Source of the DNA: Phoronis australis
Lineage: Eukaryota; Animalia; Phoronida
Assembly (NCBI GenBank): GCA_002633005.1
Contig: NMRA01000005.1
Coordinates: forward strand, 1,290,319-1,354,318
Direction: 5' to 3'
Length of the DNA stretch: 64,000 nt
Positions 51,704 through 64,000 of the stretch are shown here, in pieces. The position numbers and the translations under genes are program-made. How positions within the stretch are numbered: position 1 is the stretch's first letter; each line of letters starts with the position of its first letter. A model generated the notes under the pieces. The model was not told the DNA's origin. It saw nothing but the letters and a program-made list of their open reading frames with translations, and searched no databases.

Positions 51704-54700
51704 TACCTTGATTATATGATGCTGTTTCAAGGTAAGGATTCTCCAGGTTCCAAACCATGTGTAGTGTCTTCCTTTAAGTTGGTAACCCGTTGTCATGTGT
51801 ACTAAAGAATTAGCACCAGCATTCTAACTCAATGTTTTGTTTCCTCAAAGTTCACTGAACAGTAGCACTGTAAACGTCATCCATCAAATTTATGAACCTC
51901 GTCTTCCTAAAGCATCCTGTGTTTCTCTGGATCTACTTCAATGAAGCCAGTGAAAATAGTTTGACATGGTCAGATCATAAATCCAACACTACTTTCATGG
52001 GACAAATTATATAATTGAGGGTAGAAAGCAGAATTATAAATCAAAATCCTCTTTGGTATACTGTCTGCCCATAATCTAGATTTACTGTAATCTCCCTGAT
52101 TATAAATATCCCCAGAGGTAAACAGGTGTACATGATTTCCACAATAGATAATCTAGAATCGTGACCATCAGATATTTCAGCGTCTCAGATTTTTTATTTA
52201 TTGACAATTTATGAGCTTACCGGTAATTCTTCGCTTATTTTCGCACACAAAGGATAAGTGGGCATTTTGTAAACTTCAAAGGCTGATTATCATGGTGAAA
52301 TTGGTGGATGCTTTTTCGACTATTGTTTTAAAACATCTACACACTATAAACCAACTTTATAAACTATAAACCAAGTTTATACGGCAAAATTTGGACAAAA
52401 ATTTTATTTTTATTTTTCAAGGGCTTCACAGATTTTTGTGGATGCCCACAATTTTTCCAATTTTTTATGATTGTAGCTGTGGTACAAAACTTAAACGTGG
52501 AAAATCTTAATTAGGTTCTACATATGTTTCATGGAAAAAAGGAAAAATAAAATAAAATTTCACTTGTCAGCCATATTGTGCGAGATTTTATCGCAATAGG
52601 CCAGAGAGTGATATACATATTGGTCCTTGTAATAGACCAACATTTTTAAAATCTTTATTTTGCTGAAAAATCCGACAAAAAAGTTTCACTTGTCTATAAT
52701 ATTGCATGGTAAAAAGTGGTAGCATTACTGTACAGTAAAAATCATGTCAACTTTTGCTATTTTAAATAATTTTCTGTTAGTCTGCCAACAGTCAACCACA
52801 AGTGACACCTGGTGGAGGTAATAAATGCTTTTAGTAATCCACTTTAACATGTGATGTTATTATAAACAACACAGTAGTATAGTTGTGATTAAATATTCTT
52901 CAATGGATTTTTGTGTTCCCTGATTATGATGAAAGAAATTAAACATAAAATTAAATTTAATTAAAATCTGATAGCTGCGGATGTTTACGTTCCCAAAATT
53001 TAAGTCAGACAGGTAGACTATAGCCTGGATATTTTGAAATGATGTACTGCTAGCTCTGTATCTACGTAATCTGGTTAAACACAGATAGAGAACAAACAAC
53101 CCTGGATAGGCATAATTTAAAACCTATAGGGGCATAACAGGATGTTTTCAATTACAAATCATGAGCCATATACAGTAACATATTATTCACCTTAGGCTTT
53201 TTCATGTGATTAACGTCATTCATTCACTAGGAAAATGTCGTGAGTGGCGAAAGGTGAATTATAATGTTTTGTCTTTTTCCTCCATGCAATTAGTGACCAC
53301 TTCCTGGTTTCAATTTGTGCTGAGTCACTAAATGTCAAACAACCGGAAGAATCGAGGTCAACGATTAGTCTTGTTTCGAATTAGTGGTGCAAGTCAGAAC
53401 AACGAAAAGTGGACAATTATATCAAATATAGGCATAATTACATAGAAAAGAAAGGAGACCCTAATTTACTGCGATAAAGGAAAATGGACAGAATTTAGAG
53501 AATGTGACTTCTTTCACAAAATTAAGAGATTTCCAACGGAATTTCCATATTTCAACAGCAGATATACGTAATCCTAATTATCTTTTCATAACCAAAATTA
53601 AGGATACAATACATCAACTTCGACATATTCTGGCTAAATTCCATCAACATAGTTTTACAGCAATCATGATCAAGTAGTTGTTCATTCCTTCTGAAGGTGT
53701 CACTGGTTTTTAAAAACATTAAACACGGTGTGCATTAAGTTACGGAGCTGCAGTATAATTCAGTGAAAAAGGTCAGTGCAATATTCCCAGACCACTATGT
53801 TTAACACTTCAAAATAGTAAAACAGAATTTCGTGTTTGCCAAAATGCATAGTTCTGTTTTGTAACAAAGAAAAACTGGGGTCTCTAAGACAGTTAAAATG
53901 AATGCTGTTCAGATGCGTCACAGTTCATGCGACTTTATAAAAGTTTAATACATAAAAACGCGAGTCACCAACTTAAAAATACAGGGTGACAAAAACAAGG
54001 AAAAGCATTTGTCAGTAAGGTCAAGCAGTCATGAATGAAATGTTTACAATTTCTGATCGTTTATTTTCTAGGCTATTATTAAAAACTCCATGGAGTTTAC
54101 AGACTAAAAGCAAATGCACTGAATTAACAATGATTCGTTTACGCCCACAGAATCTTTGATTATGTACATAGTTAAGACTAATGTAATCAAAGTTGCTTTA
54201 AGTCTGCCATGCATAAAAGCACTAAATATCGACTTCACTTACTGTTACGAAATTGGTCCTTGCTCATGACAGAGATGATTTCAGGCCTCCGAAGGAACTG
54301 ACAATCAATTATTGCAGCAAGTCACTGGAAGTCACTTAAGGTGGGAAGGATAATGCCCTAAATTTTTAACTTACGTTAAGTTAGCTAAAAAACACATCGA
54401 AACCAGTAATGATTTGAGAAAGCGCTTCAGCAAACCCTAAAATTATGGATTTGAGATTGGCGCATGTAAGCATCGAGTGCGACTTTATGCTGCCAGCTCA
54501 TTCAGCATAATTCGTTCAAGATCAGATAAGCGGGGTAATGTTTTTAAGCCCCAAAGTGCTTTGGTTTAAGTATTCAATACTGACAAGTAAACAGGGACGA
54601 AATGCAGCTTAAAAAAACATCTCAAGATGAACATATAAATATATCTTTATTCAGATATACCAAATGGCATAGGTAGTTGCAGCATAAATACATACCCGAA

Positions 54701-55276
54701 TAAGTATCGCACTGAAAACAAAATCCAATGCTAAAATAACAACTTAAATGCTTATAGAATACAGTAGAGTTCTTCTAGAGATCACACAGTGCAGCTAAAC
54801 CATTACATTGGCAGTGGTTGTGAATCACGAAGGGATACGAAAATGAGCGATTTATGTAAAAAAAATCTGTTACTTAAGCTACCTTAACTTAAGAACTGTC
54901 GTAGATATCATTTTCTAAAACAGTCAGTTCCTTCCATGCATAGAAGTTGTCTTTCATCTGAGGAAGGAACAAGTTGACGAGACCAGTTTCATAGCAGAAA
55001 GAATCTAAAGTTTGATGAAACACGGGCTAACGACAGCTTTAAAGGTATCTACTGCTGCAGCTACTACACGAAAATGCCACCAACCCCTAACCTAAGTACT
55101 GCAATGGTTGAATAAAGCAAGTTGTTGCCATGAACACTTAATTCTAATCTGTTAAGACAGATAAGAAATGAATCAGTTTGAAAAGGTTCAATTTAATATG
55201 TTTTAAGGTGTTAAATACCAACCATTTCCAAGTGATAGTGAAATGAAGCCTTGGATCGAGTAATAAGATAACACTG

Positions 55277-55515
55277 TATGCTCACACCCAGGGGGCTCAG
55301 GGGGCTCAAATGAGTGCTCCCCCCCGTTTGGCGAAGGGGCAAAAAGGTCCACCTCAGAGAAAAAAGTCCAAGGACAAGAGACAAAAATCCACTAAAAACG
55401 GCAGGAATTTGGCAAATGCACAATTCATGGCTATGAACGTTCCAGTTTTTTTAGTAAAAGGTTCACGTTCTCAAAAATTCGAGCACCCCTATATTTTAGG
55501 CTGAGTGCGTGCATG
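55277..55515 (+). mobile_element. CATG-terminated MITE family 2 with 5-bp TSD
   Basis: TATGCTCACACCCAG...CTGAGTGCGTGCATG. Perfect TSD CACTG at 55272-55276 and 55516-55520. Confidence 0.85.
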
Positions 55516-55756
55516 CACTGAGATCCTGGAAGCATACTGCCTATAAATGTCAAGTTTAGGATTGTACAGTTCTCGACCAGTGATTCATTGGAAGTCATGT
55601 GATTGTATCATGACCTACACATAGGAAAATATAGGTCACACGGCAAAACTGGTTATATCTCTTCTACCTTCAGCTACAATCAGATTGACCTTTGACATCA
55701 GTCCTTTTTTGCATGTTTTTCCCAATAGTCAATAACTAATAATCAAGAAGCACAGT

Positions 55757-55992
55757 GGAGACAGTGTGGCTTAGAGGTATGAGCTCCGGAATCCTATTTG
55801 GGAGACCCGGTTAGAATCCTGGCTTTACTGGCTGACATTCCAGCATTGCACATAGGTGTCTCCTACTCCTTTGAGCTCCGTCTTACTTGTGAATGTGTGC
55901 AAGGGAGTGAATGAGAACCTGGATGTAATGCGAAAGCGATTTCTGGGGCTGTGCTCATATTTTGTAAAAGCATAAATGTTATATTTTTTAAT
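55757..55992 (+). mobile_element. tRNA-derived SINE (decayed)
   Basis: Pol III A box TGGCTTAGAGG at 55767 and B box GGTTAGAATCC at 55809, then ~170 bp of non-tRNA body ending in AAAGCATAAATG and an AT-rich tail. No intact cloverleaf. Confidence 0.65.
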
Positions 55993-56499
55993 TGTACGCT
56001 TAAAGCAACTCAATACATCTTTCTTTGAGAAAAGACACCCTCCATCACATCAAACAACTTTTGATTTTGGCAAATTACCATTTTGAAACTGGTTTCAAAT
56101 CGTTCCTCAATCAAACTGGAAGTGATATCAGCGCTTCAGTCAACAAGTATTGCTTTAGACCAGGCTCTACCAGTTGGCTTGTCATTTTATGAGCAGGGTA
56201 CAGTCTCAAATTGAACTGTCAGTATTTGCCAATCCAGAAATCACTTCACGTCCAAGTGAGGGTCACGATGACACCAAGTTCATAGTGTAAAGTGGCCTAA
56301 TCAAAAGTCCGTTTCCTTCATCGTTCATAGTTGCTTTAATTAGGAATTGTAATCGAGCAAAACAATAGAGATCTAACACTATGCTGGTGATTTTTGCACA
56401 TCGACTGGTACACAAAAATATTTGATAGGCTACTTAAAAAACTAATGCACATTATGTACCTTCAACATGAAGGAGTTCTCTAACAGATGCTTGCTGTAC

Positions 56500-56592
56500 A
56501 CCTTATTTACGCAGTCCCCATTTTAGCAGTGAGCCTCTTTTTAGGACCTAAAAAGAGGCTCACTGCTAAAATGGGGACTGCATGAATAAGGT
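56500..56592. repeat. Near-perfect palindrome: 46-bp arms, 1-nt loop
   Basis: Centre at 56546. The inner 35 bp pair perfectly and there are two T/C mismatches in the outer part. Confidence 0.95.
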
Positions 56593-56690
56593 CTATAAGG
56601 AATTTATTCCTCCCAGCACCAACCCCTTCTGAAAATCAAGTCCATTTTTAATCGAACCTTAAAAAAATACCTAAGAAATTACGAATCTGA

Positions 56691-56820
56691 GGAGGCAGTG
56701 TGGCTTAGGGTGATAAGTGCCCGCTTTCTAATTACTCGAGGTCATGGGTTCGAGTCCAACTGGGTCACACTGCTAAACCCTTGAGTCAGGTTTCTAGCTC
56801 ATCAGCTCGGTTTTAACTAT
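56691..56820 (+). mobile_element. tRNA-derived SINE head (decayed)
   Basis: GGAGGCAGTG, then A box TGGCTTAGGGTG at 56701, B box GGTTCGAGTCC at 56747, then CCCTTGAG. Its 5' end matches that of the 55757 element. Confidence 0.65.
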
Positions 56821-59640
56821 ATATTAGTAAAACATAAAAACCGTTCCAGGTGATCAGTGCAAATTGGGCCCACAAATGCACGTCTGGTACATGTATCAGA
56901 CCGCCTGCAATTAATTTTTAATTACTAATTTGACATCATTAAAATCACTTGCCACCACATCCACACAAACCCATTGTTATAAAAATATCACTTTTAATCA
57001 TCAAAATAATGCGTTTGGCACATAACGTAAATTATTAATGAAGATAACCTCTCAAGATGTAGTTTCATTTTGAATAACAGGAGGTGCTAAATAAATAATT
57101 TATCAGTCAAGCTGCATAACAAACAGCAGAGGATTTATTCAATGAATTTGCATGCACTATGTTAAATTTGCGTCAAAGAGGAACATAAAATTCCTAACTT
57201 CACCTTGAATACACTTCACTCATCAACTTCACGTTAAACTTTCGACCCCAATAGTAAATTACATAAAAACATGTCTGCTGTAATAAGTATTAGGCTTCAG
57301 TATAATTCAGATGTTCAAACAGTTAATCGCAAATTGTATACCATGACTTACTGCTTTGCCCCTAATTTATGCCAAAGTTCCCATGCCTCACCACCCACAT
57401 GATGCCTTCCGACAGGTCGCAGAAAATGTTGAGTGAATGCTGAAGGATTGTAAAAGAAAAATATCTCTCTGGACAGAACATTAAATGGGTTATCTTGTTT
57501 TCTGAACTCTTCCCCATGTACGGCTACCATTAATATCCCTCTCTTCACAGTACGCACCCATCTAAAGTATCGCAAAGACCAAACCTACCAGTGGAGCTCA
57601 ATATTCCAAATATTGTCACCAGAAGGAGCAACAAAACGACAATAAATTCGTAGAGCTTGAAAAAACCTTACTATGAGGATTCAGAAAAATGTTGCATTGG
57701 TGGTCATTTCTGACGATTTCATGAACTGTCAAGTCTCTTTTCAGACCACTTTGATACAAGAGTGTCTGATATTTGAGCAATATGATGAATGGAAAAATTA
57801 GCTATCTTAGTCTTCAGAATCAAGAAAATTCAATTTTAGTTTGAATTTTGGTGTCTCGACCCTAGCAACTGTTCCAAACTGGAGAACATTTACCATAGCT
57901 GGCCACGAGACCCATGTCAGATTGAAGGATACCGTGGTTCATGAATAACACAAACAAAAGGTTTTATTTAGCAAGTACATTGTTTTATTTGCATTATGGA
58001 ACCAGTCAAACCCTAGGCAAAAGGTTAGTCTAGAGCCCAAGCTGTTCTGGCGTCACTAAAAACCACTGTATTTACAATACGCAGGTTCCCTTGGGTCTCC
58101 CAGTAACCGCACAATGTGAGAACAATGCCATTTGTCTTCACATCAGAAATCCGTCACGAAATAAACATCAACGATTAGGTTGCATTCCTCATTGATTTCA
58201 ATTCTGTCTTGTCTATTAGTCAGTCTATTTGAATTCAGGGTCTACTGGGCTTTCGACTTCAGCCAAAACACAGATATCCTAAAAAAATGTTTGCCCTTTG
58301 CGTCTCGTAAAATGTTTGGTCTTCTATCTAGTCAAGCAGATTACAATTTTTGTCTTTCGACTTCCATGTCTCTTTCTCAGAGACCACAGTGACACGACTA
58401 CCTTGCGGTACCTCAGGGTACCAGAGTGCTCAGCAAATAACTTCAATTAAAGTAAATTCATCAAGAAAAAAAAAGTTGCTAAAATAAATGTGTGTTTGGT
58501 CAGTGCACATAGAAGCTTTTATAAGTCATATACGATTGGCCCGCATTTCTAAGAATGATGAGTCGTTTGCTACAACTTTGCAGTTACCTATTCTTTTTTG
58601 CAGAGGGAAATGTGTGGAACGTGATGTCCTTCATCCATGGATACTTCAAAAGGTCACTGCACAGCACTGGAAACTGCCAGCAATATCACAGTAGGAAACG
58701 CTGTTTATACCACTAGGTTGAAACATCTCCTTCACATTACTGGGAATCTGTAGGTGGCGCTGAATGCTTGTCTACCAGAGACCTGATTGCCATCTGGTGG
58801 GATAGTGAATTTCAATATGGCGTGGCCATTTTGACAATAAGCCATCGACTCGTTTTTCATATTTATCCTTACTTTATTTACTTTTAAGTTTCAGTTCAAC
58901 AGCAAAGCCAAATAAGTTAACACCTTCGTCTGCCGTTAGGTAACGGAACCGATTGTGACGTTATCGAGTCGAACTACTCGATCTAAATTGATACAAAATA
59001 GGTTTTTTGTGTGGCACTCTCCTTTAACCAACATTTGCCAAACAGTACGGCCTGATGTTAAAACATTCCATCGACTCGGTCAATGAATGCTAATGTAAAA
59101 GAAGTGACATCGTTTTTGGAGTCATTACAAAACTACACTTGAATAACCCGTAATCACTGAAAATTTAAATTTTCCATTCGTTGAAATGCTTAGAATATAA
59201 GTTTAAATAGACTCAAGTTTATTTAAAGCCTGTGGAATTGGCTTTTCATTTGACTTCCTACCAATTTGTGAACTGCATGAATAATGCAGTTTAGTCTGTT
59301 TATCGTATTCCAGGCCTCTTATAACACGAAATCTTAAAAATGCCATAACAGTTTTATCAATTTTTATTTCGTTTTCCACAATTTTTTGTTGTTTTTCAAG
59401 TAAACCATAAAAGTCATATTTTTGATAGGCCCTCACGTAAAAGTGGACCCTTTTGAAGACCATTCCTAATGAATGTTTTGAAGAGCAGTGTACGAAGTGT
59501 AGTATCTGAATCCCATCACTCATTTGAGAGATATGATGTTCCAAAGTTAACCAAATTTGGCAGTTTTCTAGCGTCTCACATAACCTGATAGCAAGACCCT
59601 GCGAGCACTATTTGATGATGGAATACGCATTTCGGTGACG

Positions 59641-60198
59641 AGTCTTGCTTTATTCTGATTTCGTGAGAAGAAAGTAGTGTACCGAAACAACAGGAATTAA
59701 TACTAGTATTTCAGGCACTAAGTGTCCTCAAAATTTGTTTTTAATTCTTCAAAGTTTTAAATTTTTGAGCCTTCGATAGCATGCACTGTTCTGCTACAAC
59801 TTCTCTCAAAGATTAAGGTAATTGTCAATCTTCATTAAGTCCTCTCACGCCGTATCAAATAACTTTTAACTGCCCCAGTTTTCATTCCTTAAAAGTACAC
59901 ATTTTCTGAATTTTGATTNAGTCTTGCTTTATTCTGATTTCGTGAGAAGAAAGTAGTGTACCGAAACAACAGGAATTAATACTAGTATTTCAGGCACTAA
60001 GTGTCCTCAAAATTTGTTTTTAATTCTTCAAAGTTTTAAATTTTTGAGCCTTCGATAGCATGCACTGTTCTGCTACAACTTCTCTCAAAGATTAAGGTAA
60101 TTGTCATTCTTCATTAAGTCCTCTCACGCCGTATCAAATAACTTTTAACTGCCCCAGTTTTCATTCCTTAAAAGTACACATTTTCTGAATCTTTGATT
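59641..60198. repeat. ~278-bp direct duplication joined by a single N (probable assembly artefact)
   Basis: 59641-59918 versus 59920-60198, with N at 59919. About 2 differences. Confidence 0.9.
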
Positions 60199-63100
60199 AC
60201 TGCAATGAATTTTGATTCATGGCACTATCATTTAAAATCCTGTGACCGCCATTTTTTGTGAAAACTTTCATTTTCGCTTTGAACACCAATTTCTGCAAAT
60301 CTTTAAGTGGGCGACTTGGTGTTTTAACTACAAATGCATACGGTCAATACACAGGGAACCATGTCTCAACATTTTGACTTACCTTCAAACAACTAAGATA
60401 TCAGCTATCAAATTTCCTTTTTGAAACATCATTTTCAATGGCTGATACCTCTGCAGGAAGGAAAATAAAAAACTTGAGACACAGACCATAAAAATTCCAC
60501 AAATTTAAAGTTGACAATAACCTAAACCATGCTTAAGTGACACAACACAACAAAACAGAAATTCAACACGTTTGAGTTGATACATTTATTGTATCACATG
60601 AAGCCAATACATCGTATCTACAAAAGTACCACTATCTTCAGACCAGTTGGGCAGCCACCGATGTCCACAGTCTATTTCTTGTTATGTTTCTTGGCAAACC
60701 TCATGTTCTTCAAAAACTTTGGATCCACCTGCAAAAGCAAACATGTTAGTCCTTTGAAAAGGAAATGAAAGGAAACGGAATTCCATCAGCTTTTTATTCA
60801 CCTCAATGGACAAATAAAAATTACATGAACACAGGTGGGTTGTGACGTTTCAAGGACAAACAAAAGTTGAATGAACAGGGCTGGTTCCACAAATGCAAGA
60901 TACTCTAGAGACAATCTTTAGCTGTGAAACAACAAGGAATCCTATCCCATAATGCAACATTCCAGCCTCATCGATCAATCATCTCAGTGGCAGCCATTTC
61001 GCAAATATACCTCGTAAGGTCCCCAGATTATTCGGGTGTACACTGGGAGTGGCATGATCTCGTCTTTTTCACAAGACATGTTCATCCCCAGAAGTCCTCA
61101 TAAAACTAATAACAAAGTGGCACCTGGTAGTGATAAAAGGAACATCTACTTCACAACCAGGGGCACAGGGGAACAGTGGACTATTACGGGATTCACAAGG
61201 CATTTGAGTTACGATAGAGCACACCTAATTAATGGGTGACTTTCACACAACAGCGGTGACAAATCAAGTATGACCAATAACTTTTATTGTCCTACAGCCA
61301 ACGAGCCAATTTTGCTGAACCATTCTTTTGGCAAAAGTCTAAATTATTACCATATGCCACATACAGCAGTTCTCAGTTAAACATTAACCAAGTATCATGT
61401 TGCCACACACTTCGGCGAGCTTGCGCGAGATATTCGGTCGAGAGTGGGAAATTGGTCATTATCCAGCACGGGAGATTAATTTACATTTCAAGAAAAAAAA
61501 ACCCAGCGGTCAGCGGTCTAGGAATCTTCGGTGCACCGGCTGACATTTGCCATGTCAGCCAGTACATTTCAGGTGTCTCGTCACTTTCATTTTTGTCTCT
61601 TGTCAACCACCGTGAACCACGCATTGTTTGTAGAAGCCAAGACTTCTGAAACTCCCAAACTGGGTTTCCAAGTTTTGGCAACCTGATGCTAGTTCATATT
61701 TGACAACCCAGGAATTTTACCAGGTAGCATGCTAAGCATCGAGCCATGCATGATCACCCCCTTGCCCATTTTGATGAAGACAACGCCCCCCCCCCCTAAT
61801 TATTTCCCTCCCAATGCTTCAGAAAGTTCTCAGTGCTGTAACCCTGTCGAAGAACCAACAGAGGGCGTGCAAATCTGACCTAAATCCAAATCTGTTTCAC
61901 AACACTTCTCTCCCAGCTACCAACGAAATCTAAGCTGTCCTGACTCATTCTTATCTTTCCACTGACCTTTAGATTATAGCTAAAACCATAAATATTTTAA
62001 ACCAGCAGTTGGGATCCATGCCCTTTACACAACTAATTGCCTTAGAGACCAGACTTTGTCAATCACAAAAGCCTGTCTCAGGGCCACACCTCCAAACGCA
62101 AGTAGCTTGTTGGGAGTTGGCAAGTGCACAACAAATAACCCACGTGCTTGGAAGGAATTGGTACTGGCCAACCAATCACTGTGATGGGATCATATTTTTT
62201 CACATTCAAAACAAAAAAAACCAAACATGTTGACTGTGGCAGTGTTTGACCGCTCCTCAACTTGACAACACGCGTTTTGGTGAACCACAAGCAAACCAAA
62301 GCAAAAGAGTCAAAGACTTCAGAAAACTGGAAAACAACACAACAATCAATTTCCTGTTGTTCTGACCTCTGCCTAGAGAACAACTTTTTTGGAGATCCAT
62401 TCATCAATACATGAACAGCTAAAAATAAATCAAATTAGCCAGACAAATTAAGATACACCCAGCCTTGAAACCTCCAAGAGATAAAGACAACCTAAAGGCA
62501 TAGTTCCAACAGTGCCGGCTAGCCAGAGATGTTTACAGAGACAACAATTGGTGCAAGTCAGACATCGTGAAACTCAGCTGATGTAAACATTGTGGGTGTT
62601 TTCTTCCGTTTTAACAGGTGTGCACAGGTAAATCTAATCTCGTGACTTATTTTGGAAGAGACACCCACTACCACAAAATACCTTCATATGTGGCTAGATG
62701 TAAACTGAACGCACTCTAACGAACAAAACAGACCCACCATTTGTGGTGGTGGTAAATTCTTTCTGCCAATATTGACACACTGTCATTTATCACTAGTAGT
62801 GATGTAGACTATACCCATCAAATTCAAAATCGAGAGACCAATCCAGACTTTTCATACTTCGAAATGAAAAAAAAAAACACTAAACAGAATGTCTGATTAA
62901 TAGTTACTTATATAGAGTGCTACATTGACGTGTCAAAAACGGTCAACTTCAAAATAACTCAATAATGAAGTGATTATTATTTGTTCGAACATGGAGTTAC
63001 ACGATTGTCTTGCAGCTGAAGGTACTGTAACAGAGGCTGGCCTCAATTCTTGAAGAGGTTTTCACATTTTACTTACGGTCAAGAAGTTACGGTTAAATCT

Positions 63101-64000
63101 CGCAAATTTCGAATAAAAATAATTTTTCAATGTTTTCCACCATAGTTGTTCCATTGGTAGCTATGGTAAACAACTCGCAACATACATACACTTTTTTAAA
63201 GAATATTCTGTCCGTAGTTAGTGAGGTTACTAGGACCTTATAAAAATGTCAATATTTCGCCAATTTCGAAATTGTCTTTAAAATGTTCCACATTTGTATG
63301 ACAGGTTATCAAAAAATTGGAAAAAATCAAAAGTTGCATAAAATGAAAGCGAAATAAGTTAGAGAACTGAAACAGTTTTGCCGACATTTTATCTTGAACA
63401 TTTATATTAATGGAAATTTCGTCACGTTATTGATATATTATTTTGCCAAAGTACTTTTCTCTTTTGTTAAATTTTATTAAAAAGAAACAATCAAGGACCC
63501 AATTAATTGATTGCTCAAGTCAAAAATCCAATTCTACAAGCTTTCTACTTTCAGAAAAAAGATACTTTCGGTTTTGTAGACTTACCTGAATGCACAGACT
63601 TGTTTATCAGGGGCTACACAGTCTTAGGGGGACACTTGGGATTCGACTATTTTAGCCACCTGTGGGCCACTGGACATGATTTCAATACTGATGATGTCAC
63701 TATCCTAGACTGTTAGGAAGGGGTGTTAAATAAGCATTGAGAGTCCGTCTTTAAATAAAAGAGGCGCTTTAAGATTTGATTAGTCACACAAATGACATGG
63801 TGTTCTGATGTCAATGCTGCGCCACCTGGTCAAAACGCCACCAGTTGGCCAGAAAAACGATAACGTCACAAGCCAAGCTGAAGTATGTGAGATGCGGACG
63901 CAACATCGCTAATGTTTTGTAAGTTTTTATTCCAGTATCAGACTCAAACTTTATCAGTCTTAGTTACTATTGAATAACATTTAATTTGCACAAAACCGTA

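Noticed and set aside
56691-56770. Functional tRNA gene
   Set aside because: A and B boxes are present, but the acceptor stem does not pair and there is no immediate oligo-T terminator. SINE head is the better call.
62232-62275. miR-34-like TGGCAGTGT seed
   Set aside because: Only the seed matches and no pre-miRNA hairpin is evident. I recognised no conserved miRNA in the window by eye.

Overview
This is AT-rich genomic DNA from an intron-containing animal, most likely a marine invertebrate bilaterian judging from the repeat style (the taxon cannot be fixed from the sequence). It is not prokaryotic, so most of the ORF track is noise. Two spliced + strand genes are supported. (1) The last three coding exons of an ATRIP-like gene (743-859, 2040-2238, 3245-3366), found by joining GT-AG exons; the identity rests on my recall of the human ATRIP C-terminus. 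(2) A complete three-exon DUSP6/7/9 (MKP-3-type) ERK phosphatase (8593-8974, 11631-12023, 17331-17644; 362 aa) with a ~1.8 kb 3'UTR. The remaining ~44 kb has no recognisable coding exon. It holds many short non-autonomous DNA transposons with readable terminal inverted repeats (TIRs) and target-site duplications (TSDs): 5-bp TSD hAT5-like, 10-bp TSD Mutator-like, Harbinger-like, and a THAP-bearing ISL2EU-like relic. It also holds two tRNA-derived SINEs, minisatellites, a near-perfect 93-bp palindrome, and ETS/AP-1/RFX/CTCF motif clusters. Two N-joined duplications look like assembly or haplotype artefacts. I found no convincing novel multi-gene system. The best leads are the ATRIP-DUSP linkage, a multi-layer regulatory design around DUSP (uORFs, ETS feedback sites, PUF elements), a 23-bp octamer-motif array, and the TE families.
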